Below, piece by piece: positions 38,346 to 51,842 of a DNA stretch of 64,000 nt (positions are counted from its first letter, which is position 1; the number at the start of each line of letters is the position of its first letter). The translations under genes were made by a program, and so were the position numbers. This stretch comes from Paecilomyces variotii (Eukaryota): NCBI GenBank assembly GCA_004022145.1, contig RCNU01000002.1; one strand, 5' to 3'. A model generated the notes under the pieces. It was given only the letters and a program-made list of their open reading frames with translations, made no database searches and was not told the DNA's origin.

Positions 38346-40558
38346 ATGTCTACCACTGGAGGAACGTTTCGGGGTACGCCCAATAGAACCATCGGTAGAG
38401 GCAGGATGCCGGACTTCGATCAAAGCCCAGGGGGATCTCACATCCCCCGGCCCAAAGTAGAGGGCCAGTCGTCGCACTCGCATGCGCCCAGTGACGTTGG
38501 AGGATCGACAATTAGTGCTGCGAGCAGACAGAGGCAGAACCAGTCGAAGCGTGATGAGGTATAATCAATCCCACATCGTCTCCGATGGCCCGACCGAGAT
38601 ATCCATATCTCGCTTGTCCGCTATCATCAGCTAATCGTGAGGGTCACCATCAGGCTATCAGAAAGAAGATGGAAGCCGATTTGAATAAGAAGAGGCACCA
38701 ACCGGCGAAAGCACGACACACCCGCAAGGCTCCTCCGGGTACCGTCCTGGCCCTGAAGCCCAGCCAGGCTCTACAGATTAAGCCCAGCACCACCGTCGCG
38801 GAAGCCGCTCAGTTGATGGCCGCGAAGAGAGAGGACTGCGTTCTGGTGACGGACGACGATGATCGGATTGCGGGTATTTTCACCGCCAAAGATCTGGCTT
38901 TCCGCGTGGTTGGAGCCGGTCTCAGGGCTCGCGATGTGACGATTTCGGAGATTATGACCAGAAACCCTCTCTGTGCGAGAACTGATACCAGTGCTACGGA
39001 TGCGCTGGATCTCATGGTCCGTAAGGGCTTCCGTCATCTACCGGTTATGGACGAAAACCAGGACATCTCGGGTATCTTGGATATCACCAAGTGCTTCTAC
39101 GATGCTATGGAGAAGCTGGAGCGTGCTTACAGCTCTTCCCGGAAGCTGTATGATGCTCTGGAGGGTGTCCAGTCCGAACTCGGCTCCAGCCAGCCTCAGC
39201 AGATCATTCAGTATGTGGAGGCTCTCCGACAGAAGATGTCTGGACCGACTTTGGAATCGGTTTTGGATGGTCTTCCCCCCACGACTGTCTCTGTGCGGAC
39301 TTCCGTCAAGGACGCTGCTGCCCTGATGAAGGAGCACCACACCACGGCGCTTCTGGTTCAGGATCAGGGCTCCATCACTGGTATCTTCACCAGCAAAGAT
39401 GTCGTTCTGCGTGTTATTGCTCCCGGTCTTGATCCGTCAACCTGCAGCGTCGTGCGCGTCATGACGCCTCACCCTGATTTTGCCCCGACCGATATGAGCA
39501 TTCAGGCGGCTCTTCGTAAGATGCACGGTCAGTATAGGTTAGTACTCTAGGTTTGGGATAAGATGCTGATTGTGAGCAGATGGCCACTACCTCAACCTGC
39601 CGGTCATGAACGAGGCCGGTGAGATTGTTGGCATGGTCGACGTGCTGAAGTTGACCTATGCAACTCTCGAGCAGGTTTGTGCTTCCGGTGTAATCTATGC
39701 TAGCTGTGGTGACTAATCTTATTCTCTTAGATCAACACCATCTCTACGAACGATGATGAAGGTCCAGCCTGGAACAAGTTCTGGCTGTCTATGGACCATG
39801 AGTCTGATTCTATGGTGTCTGGAGGCAACAGCCATCACCCTCACACAGCTCACCGGTCTGTAATTAGCCCTGACCCCTCAAGGCCTGGTTATGACAGGGA
39901 GAACAGCGTTCTTCCGAACGACTCTGCTTCGCATCACGGTGATGAACACTCTGAACTGCTGGTTGATCACCAACTTCACGAAGAACATGCGTTCCCATTC
40001 AAGTTCAAGGCGCCCAGTGGACGTGTCCATCGGGTGAACATCCTGCCTTCTGCGGGCCTGGCCGAGCTGGTTGCTCATGTGACTACCAAGCTGGGTTCCG
40101 AGGTCGAGGCCATTGGAGGACCGCCTAGTTGTGAGGAAGGTAAGCTCAGCAACACCGGGTATGCACTCAGCTACCTTGATAACGAGGGCGATACGGTCTC
40201 CATCACAACGGACCAGGATCTCGCGGATGCCGTCCTGCTTGCCCGGCAATCTGGCCGCGACAAGGTCGATCTCTTCGTGCACGATCCCACGCAGCCCCCC
40301 ATCCCCGCCACGGTCGAACCTCACCCGCTGCCCGTGAAGCTGCCCAGCCCGCTCGAGGAGAAGAGCGCTGTGGACGATGAGCAAGTGACGGAGGAACCCG
40401 TCAGGGCGACTAAGGAGCCCGTTCCCGCCTTCAACCGCCAGACACCCGAAGAGCAGCTCGTCGCTGGTGTGCCGAACGAGCTTCTCCTGCCGGGTGCTAT
40501 TGTGACTTTAGCGGCCGTCATTCTGGGTGTCTTCATTCTGAGCCGTCCCAGCAGGTAA
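38346..40558 (+). CDS. CBS- and PB1-domain protein with C-terminal transmembrane segment, 4 exons
   Basis: CBS repeats (GIFTAKDLAFRV, GFRHLPV, GIFTSKDVVLRV), PB1 (FKFKAPSGRVHR...LSYLDNEGDTVSIT) and hydrophobic tail LPGAIVTLAAVILGVFIL. Confidence 0.92.
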
Positions 40559-41352
40559 TAGACGATCGCGCTCTTCAGCTTCTGCAGTAGTGTGCCAACC
40601 ATCTCGTGGTGGTCTCTCGAACAACCCATTGTATCTTCGTCTTTGCCTGTTGTGGGCAGTGTTTATTTGTATTCGTTGTGTTTTGTTATTGCGTACTAAT
40701 ACCTCTTTCGTTTTTATTAACTAACTACCTACTTACTGTATTGGATGACCCCCTCCTCTTCGTCTTCCTGCTCGTCCTCTGTCCCGAGAACTGTTTGCGC
40801 ATTGATATCTTGTAGCTAGCTAGGGTGTACCACATAGTAGGACTTTTGACATTAAGACTGTGTCCTATTACTGAACCATATCTCTGGTTATGATCATGAT
40901 TGTAGTTCTCTATAATACATAATAAATTATATTGATGAAGGCGGTGGAGCTTCCCGTCGCACGTTGGGCCTGATCGGGTTTAGCGGTCCGGTTGGCGTCG
41001 TGTGTTCCCGAGCGAAAGAAAGATGCTTGACTCTGGGAATTTTTGGTTTTGGCTTCACATCCCACTTTCCACGGTCTCGCGGTCAGTCTGCGATTCAAAC
41101 AGCCTCTCTCCGCGAGTCCAGGCCAAGCTGCTGTTACGGCGGCGGTGCGGAGTCTGCGTCTGAGCTGCGTCTTTCACTGAAATCGACCCTAACTCTGTTT
41201 GGCGTCTCCCTAAGAGATATTCAATCGGCCAGTGTCCACCCCACCGAAAACAAAACCCCCGCTCGGGTGTCAAAGGCGACTCGCGTCTTCCGGTCTCTTG
41301 AACGCGAGCCTTTTCGCATTATATAGGATCTCCTTGAGTCAGAGCAGTCAAA

Positions 41353-44300
41353 ATGTCGCTGCTTCCTCCCGAGGTCCACACAGCGCTGTCCCAGCTGCTG
41401 CGCGCACTGACGACCCCCGACAATACCGTGCGATCCCAGGCGGAAGAGCAGCTGAACGGCGAATGGATTCAAAACCGCCCGGATGTTCTCCTGATGGGTT
41501 TGGCTGAACAGATCGAAGGAGCAGAGGATCAAGTGGTAAGTGGACGAAAACACCTCTCTGTCGTCCGTGATATACCGTTGCCTAATCATCGAGTGCGGAA
41601 CTGTTAGACGCGTTCCTTTGCGGCCGTGCTGTTTAGAAGAATATCGACAAAGACGAGCAAAGATCCCAGAACCAATGAATCCAAGGAGCTCTTTTCCACC
41701 CTTACAGATGAGCAGCGAATCGCTATCAGAACGAAGCTAGTAGCCTGCTTGAGCCGCGAGTCTGTGTCGGACGTGCGAAACAAGATCGGTGATGCTATCG
41801 CTGAGGTTGCCAGGCAGTATACTGATAACGGTATGTTTGGGACAGAAGGATACATATATTAGTGCTCTTTTATCTGACGACTACTTCTTCAGGTGAGCAA
41901 TGGCCCGAACTGCTGGGTGTATTGTTCCAGGCCAGCCAGTCTCCCGAGGCAGGTGTGCGGGAAGCAGCCTTCCGAATTTTTGCTACGACCCCGGGCATTA
42001 TCGAGAAGCAGCATGAGGAGACCGTTGTTGGTGTTTTCGCCAAGGGTTTGAGAGATGACAACATCGCCGTATGTGGTTTGAAAATCTGAAAATCTTTTTT
42101 ACGACAACTCCTGCTGACCCCGTTGCAGGTTCGCATTGCGGCCGTGGAGGCTTTTGCTGCTTTCTTCCGTTCCATATCCAAGAAGTCTCACTCGAAGTTC
42201 TTCTCTCTGATTCCCGATATCTTGAACATCCTCCCTCCCTTGAAGGAGTCCGACGAGAGCGAGGAGCTTTCTCGTGCGTTTGTCTCTCTGATTGAACTGG
42301 CTGAGATTGCACCAAAGATGTTCAAGCCTCTCTTCAACAACCTCGTCAAGTTCAGTATCAGCGTCATTGGCGATAAAGAGCTCAGTGACCAGGTCAGACA
42401 AAACGCTCTGGAGTTAATGGTGACGTTTGCGGAATACGCCCCCAACACCTGCAAGAAGGACCCCATTTTCGCCCAGGAGATGGTTACTCAGTGTCTGAGC
42501 CTCATGACCGACCTTGGAATTGATGACGAGGATGCTGAGGAGTGGAACGCTTCTGAAGACGTGAGTCCCAACTATCCCAGTATCTGTACATGCGATCAAC
42601 AGTATTAACTCCAGCTCCAGCTTGATCTTGAGGAAAGTGACTTGAACCACGTTGCCGGAGAGCAGGCCATGGATCGTTTGGCCAACAAGCTTGGTGGTCA
42701 GGTCATCCTTCCTGCAACTTTCGCCTGGGTTCCCCGGATGATGTCGTCCTCTGCCTGGCGCGATAGACATGCGGCCCTCATGGCCATCTCGGCTATCTCT
42801 GAGGGTTGCCGGGACCTCATGATTGGCGAGCTCGACCAGGTGTTGGCCCTCGTAGTCCCAGCCCTGCAAGATCCCCATCCTCGTGTGAGATATGCGGGAT
42901 GTAACGCACTGGGTCAGATGAGCACTGACTTTGCCGGCACAATGCAAGAGAAATACCACGCGGTCGTCCTCAACAACATCATTCCTGTTCTCAACTCGGC
43001 CGAACCGAGGGTGCAGGCTCATGCTGCTGCTGCCCTAGTCAACTTCTGCGAAGAGGCGGAGAGGGGCATCCTTGAGCCCTACCTGGCAGAGCTTCTCAGA
43101 CACCTCCTTCAGCTTCTTCGCAGTCCTAAGCGATTCGTCCAGGAACAGGCTCTCTCGACCATTGCCACCATCGCCGACTCTGCGGAGACGGCATTCTCCC
43201 AGTACTATGACACTTTGATGCCATTGCTGTTCAACGTCCTGAAGGAGGAACAGTCGAAGGAGTACCGCTTGCTGCGTGCAAAGGCCATGGAGTGCGCTAC
43301 CCTCATTGCTTTGGCCGTTGGAAAGGAGAAGATGGGACAGGATGCTCTCAACCTTGTGCAGCTCCTTGGTAACATCCAGCAGAACATCACGGAGCCTGAC
43401 GACCCCCAGTCACAGTACCTTCTCCACTGCTGGGGCCGCATGTGCCGTGTCCTGGGCCAGGACTTCATTCCATACTTGCCACACGTTATGCCGCCTCTTT
43501 TGACGGTTGCTGCGGCCAAGGCTGATATTCAGCTCCTTGATGATGAAGATCAGATCGATCAGGTCGAGCAGGATGAAGGATGGGAGCTGGTTCCCCTCAA
43601 GGGCAAGGTTATTGGAATCAAGACCAGTGCTCTTGAGGATAAAAACACTGCCATCGAGCTTATCACCATCTATGCCCAGATCCTTGAGGCTGCCTTCGAG
43701 CCTTATGTCCTTGAGACCATGGAGAAGATCGCTATCCCCGGTCTGGCTTTCTTCTTCCATGATCCGGTCCGTGTCTCATCGGCCAAGCTTATCCCTCAGC
43801 TTCTTAACTCGTACAAGAAAGCTCACGGTGTTCAGTCACCCGGTTTCGCACAGATGTGGAACAAGGTCGCCGAGAAGATCATTGAAGTGCTGAGCGCTGA
43901 GCCTACCATTGACACTCTGGCAGAAATGTACCAGTGCTTCTACGAGTCCGTGGAGGTCGCAGGAAAGAACAGTCTCACCCCTGACCACATGCAGGCCTTC
44001 ATCCAGTCGTCCAAGTCCACACTCGAAGACTACCAGCAGCGTGTTAAGCTACGTCTCGATGAGAAGGCTGACCAAGAGGATGGCGAGGAGGAGAATCTTG
44101 ACTACGAATACGCCGTCGAGGACGACCAGAACCTCCTTAGTGACATGAACAAGGCTTTCCACACTATCTTCAAGAACCAGGGTCCTTCGTTCCTGCCAGC
44201 CTGGCAACAACTACTTCCATTTTACGATGCGTTCATCACCAGTCAGGACCCGACTCAGCGCCAGTGGGCCATCTGTATCATGGATGATGTGCTTGAGTTC

Positions 44301-44948
44301 TGTGGCGAGCAGTCATGGAACTACAAGGACCACATTCTGCAGCCTCTTGCGAACGGTCTACGGGACGAGAACGCTGCCAACAGACAGGCTGCGGCTTACG
44401 GTGTCGGTATTGCTGCGCAGAAGGGTGGTCTTCCGTGGAGCGATTTCGTGGCAGCCTGCATCCCTACCCTTATCCAGGTGTGCCAGCATCCTCACTCCAG
44501 GACGGAGGAGCACGTGTTTGCTACGGAGAATGCTTCAGCCAGTATTGCCAAGATCCTCCACTACAACGCTTCCAAGGTCCAGAACCCGCAAGAGGTTGTT
44601 GCTACCTGGATCAACACTCTGCCCATCACATTTGACGAGGAGGCTGCGCCATATGCGTACTCGTTCCTAGCTCAGCTCATTGATCAGTAAGTCGTCTCTC
44701 CCATGCATTTCATCATGTTGTTTACTAACATCCCTATCAGACAAAGCCCTGCTGTTCTCTCGAATGCCGACAAGGTCTTCGGTTATATAGTGCAAGCGCT
44801 GGACGCGGAGACTCTCCAGGGCGCCACTGCTGCCCGCGTTGCCGCCTCGGCCAAGCAGCTCGTGGCCGCTACTGGCCTTAACGCAGAGCAGATCCTCGCT
44901 AGTGTAAACCCAGATAACCAGGTGGCGGTGCGGAGCTATTTCCAATAG
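41353..44948 (+). CDS. PSE1: Importin beta-3 (Kap121/Pse1, importin-5), multi-exon
   Basis: HEAT repeats with WRDRHAALMAISAISEGC, DPHPRVRYAGCNALGQMSTDF, LRAKAMECATLIALAVGKE and IGIKTSALEDK. Confidence 0.95.
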
Positions 44949-46012
44949 AAATAAGGAGAAGAGGACGAAGAAAAGAAACGTGTTTCGGCGTGTGATGTAT
45001 TTGACATGACCTTTTGTTCTATCTCCCCATGTGTGCGAGTCTGGCGAGGTGCTCTCTTTTTATTCCAAGGCCCCTTTTTGACCTGGAACACTTTGTTGAT
45101 CGATGGTATAAATCTTCGCGCTAGTTTGGCCTATTTTTTACATTTTATCTACCTATGACCCTTTGATATCTCTGCCAATGTCAGATTCATTAAATCATGT
45201 GCCCTTTCCCGACCCTATGACCTGACGTTACCTGGACCTGGATCTGGACCCTGAATCTGATCTGGACTGGACTGAACTCAACTGGCCCTGAGCCCCCGCC
45301 TATGATCCCCATGATGCATCTGTGATAGCTTTCTCCTACTATCTCTTACTAGGTTCTATATCTCAAAAAGAAAAAAAAAGTTCGATCTAAATGAAGCTCC
45401 CGCTCTAAGAGTACGTTGGCGTATGGTTTTTGTTTCCTCCCATTCCGATCATGGTTGGGTTAGATGGGTAAGTAGATAACTAGAGGGAAGATTGAATAAA
45501 GAATCCATACTATCGGGAGTAGGTCGACTTTCAATCCTGAATTTCACCCTGGAAGGGTTTTTATATATTTTGCTGGTCGCGTTCCGTCGTATTTATATAT
45601 AGTCTCAAGACCGATGCATCCATAGTCGAAAGGTATGCGAAGTGAAAAGTAGGTGGAATTAACTTGATTCTATTCATTTGCATATTATTATATTATATCA
45701 TATATATACATATGTCACTGTGCCCTGTTCGTTATCCATATCCTGGTATATACAGTCCATCCAATACTATACAAGACATCGAGTAAATGGAAACCAAATC
45801 AAAAGGATATAAATGACTTTAAACTTTTCCCCGCTTGCTCCTTTTCGCCTTTCCGTTTGGTCGTTATTGAATGATATAGCAGAGGATCGTGGGGAGAATA
45901 TACTGTACAAGAGGGGGTAGGAGGAGGGTGGATTGAGGATTTCGAGAGACATGGTATTTAGCAATGTCCCTTTAGGTTGAGTGGAGAAGAGGAAGATTGT
46001 CAAGTCGTGTCA

Positions 46013-48613
46013 TCATTGCGGGTTGTTTTGGATCCCGCCATTGTCTGAGAGCTCGAGGGGGTCGACAACGTCCGGATCGTGTGTCGCCTGTTGCGTCGTA
46101 GACGGAGCAGTAGCACTGAAATGGGGACTGTTTTCATTGTTCGCATCTGCTATGTTATTGTCGTTGAGTCTGTCCAGGGTCCCACCAACATCGGACAGCT
46201 CCAACCGGTCAGCAACTGCGGGATCATATGTTTCTTGTTCCAATGTATCCTTGACCTTAGGACGAGGGCTGGTTCTTCCGGTGGAATTGGAGCCCGTGAT
46301 CGTGCCGGTATTCTCGCTGCTGCCATTCAAAATCCCGCCAACGTCAGACAGTTGTAATTGGTCCGCTGTGGCTACATCATATGTTGACTGATTCGAATTG
46401 GCTGCATCGTAGTTACTGCCATTGCCCTCCCTGAGGATATCTTTGAGGTCACGTAGTTCTGAGCCTTCTGCCGGTATCTCGTCGACTGTTGAGAGAGGTG
46501 AACGTAGGTCACTGTCATGAGAGGACTCTGTCTCGCCTGATTCTCCATTTTTCTGGTAACTACTGCCACCTAAAATGCCTCCAACATCGTTCAATTCGAG
46601 CCCAGCAACCTCATCTTCTTCAAAGGTAGGGCCGGGCTCTCCGTCAACGTGGGCGCTATCTGGATCTTTATCGCTGTCCTCATACTGAATGGTATACTCC
46701 CTTGTGCGCCAGATGCAAACAGGCCCAACGGACGGGATATGTGTGAGAGGCGGTCCTGTATACTCGTTCTCGTGGTAATCGTTATTGATACTGGCCCTTT
46801 CCGATATACCACCACTTTCGGGACGTGGGGTGCAAACCATCGAGGCAGGGACAGACGGTGGAAGAGGGCCACCGGCAGAGATCGTGGTTTTGCCTGTATT
46901 CTGGTTCTGAAGGGTCGGTATAACAGAGTTCCGATCAAAAACGCTTCTGTTAGAGGAGCGAGTGCGGGAGTGGGATAGAGCAGAACCAAATCGAAAACTG
47001 CGGGGACTCGTACGGGGTCCATGTGAGGACATGCTGTGGCTCTTCCAGTGTTTCCTTTTCTTCAGCGGCGACCGCCTTGATAGTTGTGCAAGGCTAATGC
47101 TATTGCTTCTGCCGCGGTTTTGTGTATTCCGTCTGGTTGGGCTGCGTAACCAACCCGTGAAAGGTCTCGCTGAGTGTTCCTGGTTGCTACCCACCGACGA
47201 GGGAGAGGTCAACGCAGACTCGTTATTGCGTGAGGTACGGCTGCCCAGATGGATGCTGGAGTAAGTTCCCGATAGATGGGTCGCATGCGGATCCCAGGCA
47301 AACTTGAATCTAGCAAGAGTTGAGCGTCTGCGTCTCCTCTCGGGAGCTTCAAATCTTGCTCGAGCGCTCTCTTCATCATAGTAACTCGCAAAATCAGAAC
47401 CTCTCTCGGATGTACCTCTACTGCTGGAATACTTCCGCTGTAGTAAGATGACTAGAGGCCGGACTTTAGGAATAGACGCCGCGATCATGACCACATTGTT
47501 CTCTAGCCTGGAAGAAGAAAGGTATTAGAAAGGCCATCCGATGGCAAGGGAAGAGAAACTTGTCAACTCACGTGTACCATATTACGAAAGGAACAGTATC
47601 ATCTACAGATGAATCGACGGTTAGACACCGAACAAAAACAAAACAATAAAAACCAATTGGAGGCCTAGCACGTACATGTGAAATCCACGGTGCTTTCTAA
47701 TCTTTTAAGCTCGACGGTCTTGACAATCGAGGCAACCATTGCACTAAGCGGATTAATTAATAATTAATTCAAGATGTCAGAGTCAGACGGAATCATTCAA
47801 CTCACATCAAACTTAATCCCATTAGCACAGCCAGGACAACCTTGGTCCACTTGCGAACGTTGAGATGCAGCACGACAGTCATGCCGATCACTGTGAGGAC
47901 CAAATCTGACAATGTGTTTATCGCTGTACAACAATTAGCCTATCCATTCTTCCTGTAGCGTCGTTGATTGAGCCACGACGTACCCCCTTGAGCGAACCCG
48001 ATGTCTGGTTGCACATTTACTGAGACGCAATAGCCGGGCACAGATGGGTCCCACACCCTTGAAGTGGGATGGCACTGGGCAAAAAGGATGATGAAAGCCA
48101 GGAAGTTCAGAACGACCTGCAGTGAAATGAGGATCCAGAGCATGATGCGGCGAACAGTCGTCAACAGCCACAGCACTGACAGCAGGAACAGCGCATATGA
48201 GATGCGGCCCAATGTGGGCGAGATGATTCCCCATGCAGCACCAATGTACTCATATCTGACCACCTGAACTCTATCCTGAAAACTCAGATAATTGGAATGC
48301 TGCCCCAGACCCCTGTGGACAGAATATGTGAGTAGTCCATTGCCTATTACTTGAGAGATCTCCACAGACCGTTAGTTATGGCCTTTCCCAAGGGGAACGT
48401 GTGAATCTGATCCAGGACACTTACCCAGGCTAGGATCATGAAATAGTCATCCGTCGCAGTCTTACGTTGGATTCTGATCTGGGCATAGAAACGCAGCATT
48501 AAGACAACGGTCGTCACACTGAGATACGTCCAGATGGTCACCAGGACCGCGGTTCCAAGATCAGATGGCTTGTCCTGACCATGAGGGACTGGCGACCGGA
48601 CTGTGTATGTCAT
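46013..48613 (-). CDS. PTH11-like (fungal rhodopsin-domain) membrane protein without CFEM, long cytoplasmic tail, ~6 exons
   Basis: VLMLRFYAQ...DDYFMILAW, RGLGQH, FAQCHPTSRVWDP...C, ENNVVMIAASIPKVRPL; final exon encodes a ~480-aa S/R-rich then acidic tail. Confidence 0.88.
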
Positions 48614-50086
48614 CTCCAGGGATCCTCAAAGGGTGTTTCTGGACGGACTCGACGAGCGACCAAGAAGGACGCTCGTCTCATGCTGTCTATATAATGCTCG
48701 ATCAGGCGAAGGTTTTCACAGGTACGACAGAGCGTGCCAAGATCGGGTCCCAGGAAAATGTCAGGTCCCAGAAAACAAAAGAGACCCCAGAAAATGAGCT
48801 GGGAGCCCAACGTTTGAAGATCGAAAGAGTGCAGGGACGTTCGCCACGGTCTACAGTGACAAACTGTAAGGGTGACAAGGGACGCCACTCCGGCAAGAGT
48901 CGAGATTGATGTCGCGAACGTAATATGTCAGATCCCACTGCCAAGACCTTCTTGAACCGCCTTTTCCCTCTCAATTGGGATTTATAATGACTAGCAGAAA
49001 CCGGAGGATGGTCCGATGCGAGATGGAGGTTGGAATGCTGGAGACCACATCGAGAACAGCGGGTGGTGCGCCAATGGGGGGTACCACAGGACACCAGAAG
49101 AACGAATCGAGAAAATCAAGGGCGGATGATGCGTTCCATGGATACAGAGGAGATCGAGAAGCAGAGAAATCCGCTGGATCTGATATAATCTGATATACAC
49201 GAGATTGCAGAAGTCAGAAAACGGCGAGACTTCAGTCATGATGTATGCTCTTGCACCGCCAGCCAATCAGCAGCCATCGGCGGCTGCCGAACAGTCCGTT
49301 TCAGGAAATCCCCCGTTTTTCGCATGCCGAGGTTGATATCAAGAACTGAAAAAGAAGAATATTTTTTACATTTCCACGGGAAAAGAAGATGATCAGGAAC
49401 CAGCTGTCTTGGAGACTGTCGGTCTTTCCCGGTAAATGGTCAAGGTTATGAACAATGACTCTGTTGTTTCGGGGCTTTCCAAATAAATCTACCACGGTAA
49501 CTAACCGGGATGCCTACTCTATGAACATCCGAGGCTGAGATGATACTCTTAAGTATGTATCGAATTGGTTGAATGTCTTGTTACTACTGTACATAATATA
49601 ATTCTCTATATCACGGCAGAACAGGAGACATCACGCGACATAAGTTACCTAAGGTAGGTACTTGATCTCCTCTCATCCTAGTTAACTAGTTAACTACTTA
49701 GTTACTTACCATAGAAATGATGTAATCGGGTAGTTTGAAGTTGTTTCGAACCTACCTAACCTGGGCAAAACAGTAGCCGCGTTATATGGTATCTTCCTTA
49801 TAATTTCACTTGCATCTGCGTGGAGTTGTTGGATCTTCGAACTATGTATGAATGAATGTATAAAAAGGCATATTAATTCCATCGGACTTAAAGCCGACGG
49901 CCCGACCCCGCCGAACTTGCATGAGGGGGCAGTTAATATTTATTTCCAATAACCAGCAATAACAAACAGTTAGAAGAGGTTATATACGAAAAGAATTCTC
50001 ATTCCAATTCAATTGTCTCTCCTATTTACCCCCAATCCCATCTCAACCAATTGAAAGAAAGAGTAAAGGAAAGCGTCGCTCTCACC

Positions 50087-51150
50087 ATGCCATCAACCCC
50101 TCCATCCGGCTTCCAACCCCGCAACATCCTCCTGTTCGGCGCAACTGGCAACATCGGCAAGTTCATCCTGGACGCTATCGTCAACGCACGAGATGATTTC
50201 TCGCGTGTCGTCGTTTTCACATCCCCAGCCTCTGCGCAAAGCAAGGCTTCTTTCTTCAATGATCTGAAGACGAATCGACGCGTCGAAGTCATCACAGGCG
50301 ATATCACGAACGAGAAGGACGTCACGGAAGCATACAAGGGCATTGACACCGTCATTTCCGCATTAGGTCGTACTGTGATCGAGGCTCAGATCCCATTGAT
50401 CCGTCTGGCAGATCAGGCTAGCGATGTGAAATGGTTTCTGCCGTCGGAATATGGAACTGATATCAAGTACTCGCCGGCGTCGGCGTCGGAGAAGCCGCAT
50501 CAGGGCAAGTTGAAGGTGCGCGCATTTCTGGAGAACGAGACGAAGGATCTGGCATATACATATGTCGTGACGGGGCCGTATCCGGAAATGTATATCAAGG
50601 GTTTCCCCATGGGTAGGGAAGTTGGGGGTTGGGACGTGAAGGGGAAGAAGGCGACATTGTTGGGTGAGAAGGGACTCGATCCAGTTAGTTTTACGACCAT
50701 GAAGGAGTGAGTTATCCCTTTCGTATACAATCCCTGTTTCCCCCCTCTATTTCTGCAATTAACGACAGTCGACGCTCATGACTTTCTCCCAGCGTCGGAA
50801 CTCTCGTCCTAGCAACCCTCCGGCATCCCTCTGCCTCCTTCAACCGCGCTCTCAAAGTAAACTCCTTTACGACCACCCCGGCTGCCATTCAGGCCGAGTT
50901 CGAAAAGCAGACAGGCGGTCAGCCATGGACCGATGTACAGTACACACCTCTGCCTAGACTGCGCGAGCTCGAGCAGCAGGCTTGGGCCCAGGGCAGCCCG
51001 TCCGCGGCCGGTTGCACCCTGCGTCGTATCTGGACAGAGGGTGGCACGCTTTATGAGAAGAGGGATAACGACGTGATTGGAAACCCGAAGTTGACTACGC
51101 TGGAAGAGCTGGTCAAGGACATCGTGAGCTCGCAGGGGGCCAAATTGTAG
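50087..51150 (+). CDS. NmrA-like / isoflavone reductase-family oxidoreductase, 2 exons
   Basis: ILLFGATGNIG Rossmann motif, GIDTVISALG, WFLPSEYGTD and YTYVVTGPY; splicing gives SFTTMKDVGTLV; TAG at 51148-51150. Confidence 0.92.
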
Positions 51151-51359
51151 TACAAACAAACCGGAGACACGTATGACAGTGCATGTAATTAACCATTTGG
51201 AACAATATATATATTCTTCTAGTTATTACATCCATGAGCTTATACCGCAAATAGTTAAATCTCGTTCTATCCACTATACAAGTCAAGTTGTCACATTTCA
51301 GGAGTCAATATAGACCACATCTTCCCCCGATCTACTCATGAGCACACAGGCAAAATGGA

Positions 51360-51842
51360 TCACGCCTGCGGCCCTACAACCATCTCCAAAATCTCGAATA
51401 CCTGCTCTTTCTCCTTCAATGGCACCGGATTCGTCACACAACACCGATCTTTAAGACTATTCACCGCCAGCTGATCCAGCTTATCTCGACCGACTCCAAC
51501 ATCCGCCAACGATCTCGGCAAGCCCAACTCGCGGATAATAGCATCGAGCACATCACCCAGATCAGCATTTGCCACATCAACCTGACGCGTCTCCAGGACC
51601 TCAGATACGATGGGGTCCGAGGTCAGGAAGCCCAGGACGCGCTGTTGTGAGTCATTATTAGCGTTCTTAGAAGCGTTATATTTGCATACTGCCGGAAGGA
51701 GAATGCAGCTTGTTTCGCCATGGCCGACGCCAAGGGGACCGAGCTAGGATGCAAATATCAGCATCTACTAGATACTCTTGAGATTCTCACATATAGGAAT
51801 ATTCCTATACTTTATCTAGAACCATACCTGATGCCCAAGTGC
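51360..51842 (-). pseudogene. 5'-truncated remnant of an iron-containing alcohol dehydrogenase / maleylacetate reductase-family gene
   Basis: Open last exon 51360-51743 (LGPLGVGHGETSCILLPAV...LGLPRSLADVGV...TNPVPL), an intron at 51744-51827, and only five codons (ALGHQ) of the prior exon before an in-frame TAG at 51843-51845. No further coding sequence before the aconitase stop. Confidence 0.78.

Noticed and set aside
28535-46625. A fungal lanthipeptide/RiPP cluster: LanC-like enzyme plus ELS..GG leader-like repeats
   Set aside because: The repeats only superficially resemble double-glycine leaders. They are ~16 kb away across core genes, the segments after GG have no Cys, and no dehydratase, DUF3328 oxidase or peptidase is in the window.
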